Shown: positions 18,924 through 29,115 of the stretch, in pieces | How positions within the stretch are numbered: the stretch's first letter is position 1 | Layout of the letters: each line of letters opens with the position of its first letter | Assembly: GCA_000092065.1 (NCBI GenBank) | Contig: CP000588.1 | DNA from: Ostreococcus lucimarinus | Taxonomy: Eukaryota | Length of the DNA stretch: 64,000 nt | Direction: 5' to 3' (one strand) | Notes under the pieces: model-generated | The model's input: the letters and a program-made list of their open reading frames with translations, nothing else | Told to the model about the DNA's origin: nothing | Databases searched by the model: none | Translations under genes and position numbers: made by a program

Positions 18924-18992
18924 TTAGATTGCCATGTATTACTAACAATCTTCGGTCGTTTGTGCTATGGCCAGACACCCTTCTTTCCATCG

Positions 18993-20390
18993 CTAATCGA
19001 ATAGAGCGAACGCGTCTGAGTCGTCCTTCGACCCTTTCGCACGGTTGTGGCTGTGCTTGTTCACGAACTCTGTCAACGTGAGCAACGCAGAATTTAGAAT
19101 TGCGCGCTCGGAGTTTATCAACTGAATTGCCAACTCAACACGCGGAGGCGAGACGCCGCCATCTATGTTTGTTTGCGAACGATACAAGCTCAAGCGCCGT
19201 TCAATCGCGAGCGAAATAACATCCGCAACCTCCGGCGTGAGCGTTGACGGGTTGTTTCCACGTATTTTCATTGTGTTGATTGCCGTAGAGACTGTTTCTA
19301 TGGCGTGTAGTGCGTCCGCATGCCGATTTGTGTGCCTAATTTTCTGAAACGCGTCCTCGCTCGCGACCAAGGTCCAGACCACCGCACAGAGCTCTTCACT
19401 AATAGCTTGCGATTTTGAAATCGAAAACGACGCATCTGGGGCACACACTTGCGTCCGTTCGAGCCATTCGAATCGTTTTGTCAGCTGTGTCCCAGAACAC
19501 ACGCCTGCTAACGCCGCTTCGGTGCGAATGTTCGTAGTCGTCAGTCGCACTTCGTCCGCTGGATTGTCGTTTTGAGTGAATCCATAACTATTGAGTAGCT
19601 TCGCGTTCCCATGAAATCCATACGTGTTAAAAATCTCATCTCCACGGCGGACGCCTTGCTCGTTCGTCACCTTCACGCACAATGCCTCACCACCAGTCTC
19701 TGAACGCACGACGGCATCGCCATCGCCCACGTTGACGTGATGGTTGCCGGTGAGATGGTTAAACGCATCGGCAATCGGCACCAACCCAACGCCCGCGTTC
19801 GGGCTTAAAGTGAACGCGCGACTACTCACTACAGTACGCGCTTCGATAAATTGCTCGAACGAACACTCTACGCCGTGCTCCTTAAATACTGGCGCGACGA
19901 CGCGTTCCCACTCGTTCTTTGCAGCCGCCGCCTCGTCCCTGAGAGAAGTTTCGACTTCCGTGCCCGCGAGATAGCTCCGCTCGCCATCGTTCCACGCGCA
20001 CACGACGTTAGCTTCACACCTCGGTAACACTCTATCGTACGCGAAGTACCGCGACTTCAACCCGAGAGAACGCTCCACGCAAAGCGCCGCCGTCAACCCG
20101 CACAACCAACTCGCCTCTGTCTTCGTCTTCACTAAAGCCTCCTCCACGCTCGCCGCCACGTCCGCGCGCGAACACGTCTTCAGCGTCAAGCACGCTTCGA
20201 ATGGGATCACCGCCAAAATAGCGCCGCGCTCGAGCGCGCGCTTGGCCGTCACGCCGCGGTCCTTGTTCGCCTTTTGCACGGCAAAAGTGAATTCAACGTC
20301 ATCCTCGCGCACTTCGATCGCGTTCGCTCGACACCATCGCAAAAAAGCGTCGAACGCGTCATCGTTCGCCTCGTCACCGTTCTCTTTCAT
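18993..20390 (-). CDS. SET-domain protein lysine methyltransferase (RBCMT/SETD6-like)
   Basis: FNH...GDEIFNTYGFHGNAKLLNSYGFTQ... is a SET core with a Rubisco-LSMT-like substrate-binding region. ATG at 20390 confirmed. Confidence 0.7.
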   Translation of the reverse strand: MKENGDEANDDAFDAFLRWCRANAIEVREDDVEFTFAVQKANKDRGVTAKRALERGAILAVIPFEACLTLKTCSRADVAASVEEALVKTKTEASWLCGLTAALCVERSLGLKSRYFAYDRVLPRCEANVVCAWNDGERSYLAGTEVETSLRDEAAAAKNEWERVVAPVFKEHGVECSFEQFIEARTVVSSRAFTLSPNAGVGLVPIADAFNHLTGNHHVNVGDGDAVVRSETGGEALCVKVTNEQGVRRGDEIFNTYGFHGNAKLLNSYGFTQNDNPADEVRLTTTNIRTEAALAGVCSGTQLTKRFEWLERTQVCAPDASFSISKSQAISEELCAVVWTLVASEDAFQKIRHTNRHADALHAIETVSTAINTMKIRGNNPSTLTPEVADVISLAIERRLSLYRSQTNIDGGVSPPRVELAIQLINSERAILNSALLTLTEFVNKHSHNRAKGSKDDSDAFALFD

Positions 20391-20480
20391 CTCGCGACGC
20401 GCGCGCGAGTGGCGTGCGAAAGCGCGTCAGGCCAAAAGTGTGTTGATACAAGTCTCTACGGCGTCTCGAGCGCGCGTCCG

Positions 20481-20796
20481 TCACGCCTTCCACAGTGATT
20501 TCACCGTTCGCGTGATCCCGTCGCCCTGCGTGTTCAATTTAAACAATCCCACCGCCGTCGCCGCCGTCAGCGCGAGCGTCGCCGCTCTCGTCGGTCCTCG
20601 CGCCCCCTTCGGCACGTAATCGCTGATGATCTGCGTCCCGTCGCCCGCGCGCCGCTCGTCAGTCAATCGTTCCCCATCGCATCGCGCGCGTCGTCGATGC
20701 GCCGAGTCCCGCGCGCGTCCCGCGCGCGCGGTGCCCGCGTGCGATCCCGTCCGCGCGATGGCGTCCGATTTCGCATCGATCACGCACGAAATTCAT
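20481..20796 (-). CDS. Candidate small single-pass membrane protein of about 53 aa with a 9-nt start micro-exon. Two exons: join(20796..20788, 20630..20481).
   Basis: ATGAATTTC followed by donor GTGCGTG. The 157-bp intron has branch GACTGACG (+ coordinates 20657-20664) 24 nt before CAG. Exon 2 encodes IISDYVPKGARGPTRAATLALTAATAVGLFKLNTQGDGITRTVKSLWKA with one transmembrane helix. No homolog recognised. Confidence 0.3.
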
Positions 20797-21112
20797 CGCA
20801 ATGTGCGAGTGCACCGGCATCGCCGCGCCGAGCGCGACGTCGATCGCGAGCTGTCCCTCGGGCATCGCCGCCGCCGCTGGCGCGAGCGCGGCGAGCGCGA
20901 TCGAGCTCGCGTGATAGATCTTCATCATCCCGCGCCCGCGATCGGCGTTCAGGACGCCCGACATCGCGCGCGGCGTCCACGCGCGAGGCGATGTGACGCG
21001 CGCGGTCCCGACCGGACGGACGTCGGGCCGTCGAGCCGGCGGGACAGACGCGCGATTTTCAAAAACGCGCGTCACACGCGAGCGACGACGACGGCGACGA
21101 CGACGGGCGAAC

Positions 21113-22282
21113 ATGGGAATCAAGGGCCTGACGGCGCTGATGCGAGACAACGCCCCCGGGGCGATCAAGGAGCAAAAGTTCGAGTCCTACCTCGACCGGC
21201 GCGTCGCGATCGACGCGTCGATGCACATTTATCAATTCATGATGGTGGTGGGGAGACAGGGCGAACAACAGCTGACGAATGAGGCGGGAGAGGTGACGTC
21301 GCACTTGCAGGGGATGTTGAATCGAACGTGCCGAATGCTCGAGGCGGGAATAAAGCCGATTTACGTGTTCGATGGGAAGCCGCCGGTGATGAAGGGAGGA
21401 GAGCTGGCGAAGCGCAAGGACAAGCGAGAAGAGGCGGAGGCGGCGTTGAAGGCGGCGAGAGAGGCGGGAAATCAAGAAGAGGTGGAGAAACTGTCCAAAA
21501 GAACGGTGCGAGTGAGCAAGCAACACAGTCAAGAGGTGATGAAACTCGCGTCGTTGCTCGGAGTGCCCGTGTTCGAGGCGCCGTGCGAAGCCGAGGCGTC
21601 GTGCGCGGCGATGTGCAAGGCGGGACTGGTGTGGGCGGTGGCGACGGAGGATATGGATACACTCACGTTCGCCGCGCCGCGGTTGGCAAGAAATTTGATG
21701 GCACCCAAGTCTCAGGACAAGCCGGTGCTGGAGTTTGACTACGACAAAGTTCTAGCCGGTCTCGGGCTCACGCCCGAGCAATTCATCGACATGTGCATCT
21801 TGTGCGGGTGCGACTATTGCGACACCATTCGCGGGATCGGTCCGAAGACGGCGTTGAAGCTTATCAAAGAACACGGTTCCATCGAAAAGATTCTCGAAGA
21901 GATCGACACTGAGAAGTATCCTCCGCCTCAGGATTGGGATTTTGCCGGCGCTCGTGAGTTGTTCAAAAATCCCGAAGTCATGGACACGACGGGCATCGCA
22001 TTGAGTTGGAAGGCGCCAAACGAGGAAGGATTGATTGACTTTTTGGTCAAGGAAAAGCAATTTAACGAGGAACGCGTGCGCGCCGTGTGCGCCAAAGTCA
22101 AGAAGGCGCGCCAAGGTAAAGCGTCGCAAAACCGCCTCGAGAGCTTCTTCGGCCCGCCGACCATAATCTCCAGTACCATCGGCAAGCGCAAGGTTGAAGA
22201 AAAGAAGGGTAAAAACGGCAAGGCTGGTCTCGCGAACAAAAAGTCTAAAGGCGTCAGTGGCTTCAGACGATCGAAGAACTGA
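21113..22282 (+). CDS. FEN1: Flap endonuclease 1 (FEN1)
   Basis: [26 protein letters not shown]...[10 protein letters not shown] (XPG-N), then XPG-I and a K-rich PCNA-binding C-terminus. ATG at 21113. Confidence 0.9.
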   Translation: MGIKGLTALMRDNAPGAIKEQKFESYLDRRVAIDASMHIYQFMMVVGRQGEQQLTNEAGEVTSHLQGMLNRTCRMLEAGIKPIYVFDGKPPVMKGGELAKRKDKREEAEAALKAAREAGNQEEVEKLSKRTVRVSKQHSQEVMKLASLLGVPVFEAPCEAEASCAAMCKAGLVWAVATEDMDTLTFAAPRLARNLMAPKSQDKPVLEFDYDKVLAGLGLTPEQFIDMCILCGCDYCDTIRGIGPKTALKLIKEHGSIEKILEEIDTEKYPPPQDWDFAGARELFKNPEVMDTTGIALSWKAPNEEGLIDFLVKEKQFNEERVRAVCAKVKKARQGKASQNRLESFFGPPTIISSTIGKRKVEEKKGKNGKAGLANKKSKGVSGFRRSKN

Positions 22283-22361
22283 TAGCTATCGAATAGAACA
22301 CTGTATGTTGTCATGTCACACCACTTCAAACACGCTTTGGACGCGACCTCCACAACTCGCC

Positions 22362-23018
22362 ATGCCGACGCTAGTGAATACCCGCGCCGTCGTGACATCT
22401 GAGCACGTGTCCACGTCTACGCCGCGCGCGCGTGGCGCCGCATCACGCGTTACTGTCGCACACGCGTCGTCGTTCAGCCGCAACGTGTGTGCATCTTCTC
22501 TCGCCTTGCTCGTGAATTTCACCCAAGCAAACGTAGCGTTCGCGGCACCAGCTGCGCCGTCATATAGCGGTGTGGACCCGAGCAAGAGCTCCTTCATCCA
22601 AGGATTGGTCGATAAGAGCGAGAAGGACAAGGCGAAGAACGATCAAGCGCGACTCGATAACTTTTACAGACGAGAGTATCGGATAAACCGAATCGTCGGT
22701 GGCGAAGTTCTGAAGGAGCCGTGCGATCCCCGGGATCCAGAATTTGGTTATGAGTGTAGGCCAATGCTCCCACGATTGCCGCAGGATCGAGGTGGGTTCG
22801 ATGAGCCCTTAGAGAGAGAGAAGACTGGATACGGGAAAGTACTCGGGACGCGAGATGTCGACAGAGCCGCAGACGCTCTCGTCGCTGCGGCGGTGGACGA
22901 GACGCTCGAACGAGCGATCGAGACTATCGATGGCGAATCAGACGCGAATGGTGACGCGGTAGCCCGCTTTGACTCGGATACTGAATTCTCGCCGAGCGTT
23001 CAGGGCTTGTCCGAATAG
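22362..23018 (+). CDS. Hypothetical protein with a bipartite plastid/thylakoid-lumen-type presequence, possibly PsaN-like
   Basis: S/T-rich presequence, then a hydrophobic LALLVNFTQANVAFA AxA-type motif. The mature part LVDKSEKDKAKNDQARL...C...C resembles PSI-N loosely. An alternative ATG is at 22305. Confidence 0.3.
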   Translation: MPTLVNTRAVVTSEHVSTSTPRARGAASRVTVAHASSFSRNVCASSLALLVNFTQANVAFAAPAAPSYSGVDPSKSSFIQGLVDKSEKDKAKNDQARLDNFYRREYRINRIVGGEVLKEPCDPRDPEFGYECRPMLPRLPQDRGGFDEPLEREKTGYGKVLGTRDVDRAADALVAAAVDETLERAIETIDGESDANGDAVARFDSDTEFSPSVQGLSE

Positions 23019-23155
23019 TTTTATGAATTTATATTGACGCCGCTGGCTTAGAGTTTTAATACAAGGATTGGAATATAGTTACAGCAATCGCAAACTAATG
23101 CAAGTCATTTCGCTCGCTCGCGCGCCCGCCAAAGTGTGCGCTTTCGCATTGTCTA

Positions 23156-24208
23156 TCAATACGTGATGGGCCCTTGAAGGCTACCGGTGGCGAACTGTCG
23201 CACGATGGGCTCGTCCGTCGTATCAAATTCCTCCACCGTTCCTTCCCACGCAACCTTGCCTTGGTGTAAGAAAACGATTCTGTCGACCGATCGACGAATC
23301 GTACTATGCTGGTGCGTGACGACGATGTAGCTCGACACCCCACCGTTCACTTCACAATGCTCATCCGGTTTGCAGTGCAATGATCGCATCAAGTCCTCCA
23401 CTACCGTGCTCGCCACCGGGTCCAATCCAGCGGTCGGTTCGTCGTACATCACCACCTCCTCGATTGGGTCATCATCGCTCTCACGCTCTTCTTTGATAAT
23501 CGCGCGGGCCAACGCCGCGCGCTTCTTCATCCCTCCCGAAAGCTGCGCCGGGTACTTGTCCTCGCACCCCGGCAATCCAACCGCCGCTAGACTCTTTTTC
23601 ACTGCTCGCTCAACCTTCGCCTTGGGCAAGTCGCTGTGCTCGTATAACTTAAATCCAACATTTTCACCCACCGTCAAAGAATCGAACAGCGCCGAGGACT
23701 GAAACACCATTCCGACGTGCAACTCTGGATGCGCCTCGTCGCTCGCCAACCCTTTCCTGCGTTTGCCTCGGATGTACACTTCGCCCTCGTCCGGTATCAA
23801 TAGCCCAGCCATGATGCGCAGCACGGTGGATTTCCCAGTCCCACTCGGTCCGATGATCCCGACCGCCTCGCCTCGTCGAACCTTAAAGCTCGCTCCGTCC
23901 AGGACTACTTTCTCGCCGAACGCCTTCTTCACCCCTCGGAGCTCGATTAACACTTCAGACGACGATTCGTTCGACGTGCCGTTTCGTCGCGCGACCGCGG
24001 GCGCTTTTTCGCCCGCGTCTGCGTCGACATCATCGTCGTTCGTCTCTTCAGCGTTTGCCGCCGATCCGCCGTCCACGACCGCGCGCGCGACGCTTCTTCG
24101 TCCTCGTCCGTGCGCAATCGCTCCACCTCGCGCGCGACGAGAACCGCTCGTCGACGCGCGATGGCACGCGGGGGAGCGCGCGGGACGAGCGTAAGACGCG
24201 GAAGTCAT
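23156..24208 (-). CDS. TGD3: TGD3-type ABC ATPase (MlaF-like) of the plastid lipid-import system, with a transit peptide
   Basis: LIELRGVKKAFGEKVVLDGASFKVRRGEAVGIIGPSGTGKSTVLRIMAGLLIPDEGEVYIRGKRR is nearly colinear with plant TGD3. LSGGMKKRAALARAI is present. ATG at 24208. Confidence 0.8.
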   Translation of the reverse strand: MTSASYARPARSPACHRASTSGSRRARGGAIAHGRGRRSVARAVVDGGSAANAEETNDDDVDADAGEKAPAVARRNGTSNESSSEVLIELRGVKKAFGEKVVLDGASFKVRRGEAVGIIGPSGTGKSTVLRIMAGLLIPDEGEVYIRGKRRKGLASDEAHPELHVGMVFQSSALFDSLTVGENVGFKLYEHSDLPKAKVERAVKKSLAAVGLPGCEDKYPAQLSGGMKKRAALARAIIKEERESDDDPIEEVVMYDEPTAGLDPVASTVVEDLMRSLHCKPDEHCEVNGGVSSYIVVTHQHSTIRRSVDRIVFLHQGKVAWEGTVEEFDTTDEPIVRQFATGSLQGPITY

Positions 24209-24499
24209 CGCTATGCGACTCCGCGTGCGCGCGGTAGTGGGAACAAACGCCACTCGCACGAACACGCCGTCGACTTACGCCGCAGTGTGGCGATCGGGCG
24301 GTCGGTCTCTTGGGTCTCTTGATAGATAACGCGTTTACCAAGTGCGGACGCTAGTGCGAGAAACGAAAGGCGAGGTTGCCGCTGGTAACACTTAAGGTGA
24401 TAATATGATACTAAAACGACGTCAAAGTGGCTCACTGGTCCATGACGCATTCGCCTTGCGACGGCGCGGATGGAAACTGAGCTTTTCTCTTGGACGCCG

Positions 24500-25834
24500 T
24501 CACGCGGCGGGAAAGGCGCCGCGGCGTTCTTCGTCTTGTCTACTCGAAGTGGACGCGTCGTTGGAGGTTTGAGACTTGTTCTGTGACGCAATTGGTGGAA
24601 TGATTGCGTCGTTGTAACGATGATACAGCACGTTTGCCACCGCACGATCGATGTAATTGGAGTCTTTGTCGACGCTCCCGGAGGACGCGAGTTCATTTTC
24701 AGCGACTTCGGAAGACCGCATGAGCCGGAGCAAACTTTCTCTGAAATTCGTACGAGTGGCGTCCGGAAGATTGCGGACAATCATCTCAAGCTGCGCGAGC
24801 ACTGCTCTGTCTTCAGTCGCAATCAAATCGCTCGTCGTGGATGGCATTTGCGAGTTCGATGCACCGCCCGGTACGCGCAGCAATGTCCCGGTAGAGCCCG
24901 ACATTGAACCAGAGTGCGATCCAGATGTACCCTTGGAGACTTGGCTATAATGTTGGGTACGATAAGACCTCGCGGCGGATGGTAGAACGCCCCTCGCTAA
25001 TTCTTCCTCTTGACGTGCCGAAGCTTTTCTACCGACTGTCATCGCATTCTGCGTTGGCACAGATTTCAATAGTGCTCCATGCTCTTGCTGCTTCAGCGCA
25101 TCAGTTGCACCTACTGACGCATATCCTAAGCCTTGCGATTCCCCCGGTACAGACGTATTCGTAAACGGATCTAATCCGCGGGCGTACAAACTTGCGCCGT
25201 CAAAGCCGTCAAACAATTCGTGTTCCACTGTCCTCGCCGTCGCCCCGCCAAGCAGATCTCCAGCATGTGCGAGCGATTGAAACGAAAATGACGACATTTT
25301 TGGAGGTGCGAATGGATTCAACACGCTCAAATCAGGATCGAGAATGCCCTCAGAACTTGGTGTGGCAAGTTCCACCATGATGGTTTGAGTGTGCACGCCT
25401 AAAAAGGCGTCGAGTTCCATCTTGGATTCAATCGCACTCGAGACGCTCGTGTGGTTCGACAGTTTCGCTCGCTTATTCGGTGAAGATGGTGAAGACGTTG
25501 CCGCCCGGCGCCGAGAATCGCTCGCCTTCTCGCTTGCCATGAATTGCTTCTTCGTCGCCTCAGCGCTCTTCGTCTGAGCCCCTTTCGCCAACGCCGCTCC
25601 ACCGGCCTTTGTGCTCGTCGTCTTCTCTGTTTTTAAAGTTTTCACCTCCCTTTTCTCCGCGTTCTTACCCCCATCTCGACTCGTCGACACTTCACCGTTC
25701 GTCGTCGCTCTCTCGCACGCCCCCTCGCCTTTGACCGCCAGCGAGGCAGAGTCCCCGCCGCCCGCGCTCGACGTCCAACGCATCCCGCGCCTTCGCGCAC
25801 CGCTCGTCGATGGCACACGCGCATCTCTCACCAT
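24500..25834 (-). CDS. Hypothetical S/T/A-rich nuclear-type protein with a KRAKL NLS-like motif
   Basis: Long ORF with an ATG at 25834. It is low-complexity and no domain was recognised. Confidence 0.35.
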   Translation of the reverse strand: MVRDARVPSTSGARRRGMRWTSSAGGGDSASLAVKGEGACERATTNGEVSTSRDGGKNAEKREVKTLKTEKTTSTKAGGAALAKGAQTKSAEATKKQFMASEKASDSRRRAATSSPSSPNKRAKLSNHTSVSSAIESKMELDAFLGVHTQTIMVELATPSSEGILDPDLSVLNPFAPPKMSSFSFQSLAHAGDLLGGATARTVEHELFDGFDGASLYARGLDPFTNTSVPGESQGLGYASVGATDALKQQEHGALLKSVPTQNAMTVGRKASARQEEELARGVLPSAARSYRTQHYSQVSKGTSGSHSGSMSGSTGTLLRVPGGASNSQMPSTTSDLIATEDRAVLAQLEMIVRNLPDATRTNFRESLLRLMRSSEVAENELASSGSVDKDSNYIDRAVANVLYHRYNDAIIPPIASQNKSQTSNDASTSSRQDEERRGAFPAA

Positions 25835-27010
25835 CGCGCCCCTCCTTGGACGCGTTCACCGAGTCCACGACGCGCGCGCGAGTAAACTAACTCGCCGACG
25901 CCGATCCTCCCGCGTCGACAGAATTCGCGCGATGACGCCCTCTATCGCTCGTCTCGACGTCCAACGCTGGGTTCGTTCGCGCGCGCGTTCGACGACGACG
26001 CGCGATCGCGACCGCGCGCGATCGTCGGCGGCGGCGGCGCGCGACGAGGCCGCGCGCGTCGATGACTGGGCTGGGCACGCGTGTTTGTTGGGCATCGGAC
26101 TGCTTTCCATACGATTTGGCGCCGAATGTCCGAACATCGCCCACGAAAAAGTCGAGATATTTTCAGCGGCGTTTCAGAACGCGTCGACGCGCGGTGGGCG
26201 ATCGGGCGACGGACGTCGACGCGACGATTGATCGGACGATTTTTTACCCAACCCTGACGCGATCCCCCCACCGCGCGTCGCTACGCGTCGTTGACGATGC
26301 GGTGGAAGCGCGGCGCGCTCGAGGCGAGGCGCCGCGGCCGCGCGAACGCGAGCGCGCTGAGCGTGCTGTGGTTCATCGCGATCAAAGGCGGGGAGAGCGA
26401 AAGGAGCGAAAGCAGAGTTCACGCATTAGATTTGAGTGATGTCGCATCGCGCGTGCGGTGGCGGGACGACGTCGCGATGGTGGACGTGTTGTCGTACGTC
26501 GCGTCGCGTCGCGACGAGCGCCGCGAGTGGGCGAGTCGCGCCGTCGAGCGCGTCGAGCGCGAGATGACCGCGGTGAGCGCAAACGCGCTCACGACGAAGT
26601 TTGCGTTCGCGATCGTCAACTCCACGCACGGCACGCGAGGCGTGCGCGCGTTCGAAGACTTTTTCTTCTCCGGCGGTCGCGTTCTCGACGATGACTATGC
26701 CGTCTTCGTCGCCGCGCACCGTCAACCGTCGGACGTTCGTGCGTCCGCGCGCGTCGATTGTCCTCCCAGCGATGATAGCATATTTTGCGTCGATCGCATC
26801 GCTTTCGCCCTTCGCGACGTCCTCGATCGCGTCCGCGAGAGGAGCTCGTAGTCGGTCTCGCGTCCCCGGCGCGCCCGAGGTCCACTCGAGGGGGGCTGTG
26901 TCGGTGATTTGATTATCCACGTTATCCACTCGCGTCGACCCGCACTTTTCGACCGTCGCGCGCGTCTTCGTGCGCGAACGTTTGATTTCCTAACAGAGCC
27001 GTCCTCGCGC

Positions 27011-28018
27011 ATGTCTTGCGCTCGAACGATCGCGCCGCACGCGCGCGTCGCCGCGCACGCGCGTCGACACACGACGAGTGGGAAATCGACGATGTCCCGC
27101 TCCGCCGTCGTCCCGCGCGCGAAGGCGAACCGCTTGCAAGAGAAGAGCGCGCAGGAGTTGGTCGACGCCACGGAAACGTTCATCTTTGACTGCGACGGTG
27201 TCATCTGGAAGGGTGACTCGCTGATCGAAGGCGTCCCGGAGACGCTCGAACTGCTGCGCTCAATGGGCAAGCGATTGATCTTCGTGACGAACAACTCCAC
27301 CAAGTCTAGAGCCGGGTACACGAAGAAGTTCGAGTCGCTGGGATTGAAAGTGAACGCCGAGGAAATCTTTTCTTCGTCCTTCGCCGCGGCGGCGTATTTG
27401 GAATCGATCGATTTCAAGAAGAAGGCGTATGTCGTCGGAGAGACGGGCATCTTGGAGGAACTCGACGGCGTCGGCATCAAGCACATTGGTGGTGAATCGG
27501 ACGCTGGCAAGCAAGTCACGCTGGCGAGTGGTGAGTTGATGCACCACGACGAGGATGTCGGGGCGGTTATCGTTGGTTTTGATCGCAACATCAACTACTA
27601 CAAGATCCAGTACGCGACGCTTTGCATCCGCGAGAACCCGGGTTGCATGTTCATCGCGACAAACACCGACGCTGTGACGCACTTGACCGACGCCCAAGAG
27701 TGGGCTGGTAACGGTTCCATGGTCGGTGCCATCAAGGGTAGCACGAAGAGAGAACCGATCGTCGTCGGCAAGCCCGCGGCGTTCATGTTGGATTACATTG
27801 CCAACAAGTTCCAGATTCGCAAGGATCAAATCACCATGGTCGGCGATCGCCTCGACACCGATATCCTCTTCGGTAACGACGGTGGCTTGAATACTATGCT
27901 CGTGTTATCCGGCGTGACCACGAAAGACATGCTTTGCAGCGACGACAACACCATTGCGCCGACTTACTACACCGATAAATTGGCTGATTTATTGTGCGTC
28001 GGCAAGGTCGCAGCTTAA
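27011..28018 (+). CDS. PGLP1: Phosphoglycolate phosphatase (HAD IIA, PGLP1-type) with an organellar presequence
   Basis: FIFDCDGVIWKG...LIFVTNNSTKSR...GKP...MVGDRLDTDILFG is HAD-IIA/pNPPase-like. ATG at 27011. Confidence 0.85.
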   Translation: MSCARTIAPHARVAAHARRHTTSGKSTMSRSAVVPRAKANRLQEKSAQELVDATETFIFDCDGVIWKGDSLIEGVPETLELLRSMGKRLIFVTNNSTKSRAGYTKKFESLGLKVNAEEIFSSSFAAAAYLESIDFKKKAYVVGETGILEELDGVGIKHIGGESDAGKQVTLASGELMHHDEDVGAVIVGFDRNINYYKIQYATLCIRENPGCMFIATNTDAVTHLTDAQEWAGNGSMVGAIKGSTKREPIVVGKPAAFMLDYIANKFQIRKDQITMVGDRLDTDILFGNDGGLNTMLVLSGVTTKDMLCSDDNTIAPTYYTDKLADLLCVGKVAA

Positions 28019-28098
28019 ACGCGTTGTTATATACCTCTACCGGTCCTTGCTACGTTTTATGATCTAATGACAATGAATTGTTTTCTAAGTGTTCTTCT

Positions 28099-29004
28099 CT
28101 ATCGTGCTCTGTCGTAATCTCTACTGTCTCGTCGTCGCACGCGTCTCTCGCTCGGGCTACGGCTGCGGCTACGGCGACGGCCACGGTCCGAGCTCGAATT
28201 ATGCGCAGACCTTTCACGTTGTTTCGTCTCACGTTCGCTCCCTCGCCCACTTAAACACTTATAGTCTACTTTTTCCACCGCGTGAAATGCCGTGATTGTC
28301 TCAGCGATGGCTTCTAAATTCTCCTTTGTCACGCCGTCGACTAGGCAAAACCACGGCGGCGACGACGGTAAAGCCTTGCCCAATTCCTTCGCAGCTAAAT
28401 ATATGCATCCACACGCGATGACATCCGGCTTGTATTGCACGCAAAGCGCCGTCATTGCGCTGTCGTTGCACAGCACCCACGCCCGTTTCACCAAATCGTC
28501 GTCCAATTCTAAGTGTGTACCCAGTGTGTACGCGAACGGGTGCGGCGGCGTTACGTGCGCAAAGAACCCAAACTCTCGCAGCATCACCATCTCCATGTTC
28601 TTAGCGTCTGATTTGTACTCTTCATACTCTGGTGTATTGATCGCCATCACAACTCGCGGTTTGTTCTCGTGTCTCTGCGCCGCCCTACGCGTGGCATTCA
28701 GCACGTCTCGCAGCTTGCGATCTTTTTCCTCCAGCTTGCACGCTAAGGCGATGGAAGCCGTCGCGACGAGCTTGACATCGTAATCAGTGAGAGATTTTTT
28801 CGTGTAGAATCGATGTAACAGCGTCTGAGCCGTGATGACCACGCTCAGAGGCGAGCGCAAGAGCAAACACGCCGAACGAATGAGTGAGGCGCCGTAAATT
28901 CTTTGCACAAACTCGGTTTCCTCATCGACGTCCTTCGACCTCGATGGCGTGTTCTTAACGTCGACGACGTAGAAGTTATCGACCGCAGTCGATGTGTGAA
29001 TCAT
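28099..29004 (-). CDS. CCNL: Cyclin L (cyclin box plus a C-terminal RS domain)
   Basis: LIRSACLLLRSPLSVVITAQTLLHRFY is a cyclin box. The C-terminus is RRRSRSRSPSERRVRRRDSRDYDR. ATG at 29004, about 110 nt downstream of the upstream gene's stop. Confidence 0.8.
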   Translation of the reverse strand: MIHTSTAVDNFYVVDVKNTPSRSKDVDEETEFVQRIYGASLIRSACLLLRSPLSVVITAQTLLHRFYTKKSLTDYDVKLVATASIALACKLEEKDRKLRDVLNATRRAAQRHENKPRVVMAINTPEYEEYKSDAKNMEMVMLREFGFFAHVTPPHPFAYTLGTHLELDDDLVKRAWVLCNDSAMTALCVQYKPDVIACGCIYLAAKELGKALPSSPPWFCLVDGVTKENLEAIAETITAFHAVEKVDYKCLSGRGSERETKQRERSAHNSSSDRGRRRSRSRSPSERRVRRRDSRDYDRAR

Positions 29005-29115
29005 TATCGTCCGCACTCGCCCGCACACGACGAGCTGGGGAGTGGCGGTTCCTTCAAGCGCCGCGCACTTCAGTTTCAACGAGTGTTGACATTTTACAAA
29101 GATGTCGAGCAATGG

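Noticed and set aside
26291-26929. Mutually antisense ORFs 26291..26851 (+, 186 aa) and 26426..26929 (-, 167 aa) in the 1.1-kb spacer before PGLP1
   Set aside because: The minus ORF has no ATG at all and the plus ORF has no recognisable domain. Neither shows the intron grammar. They are left unassigned, and one could be a real small gene.
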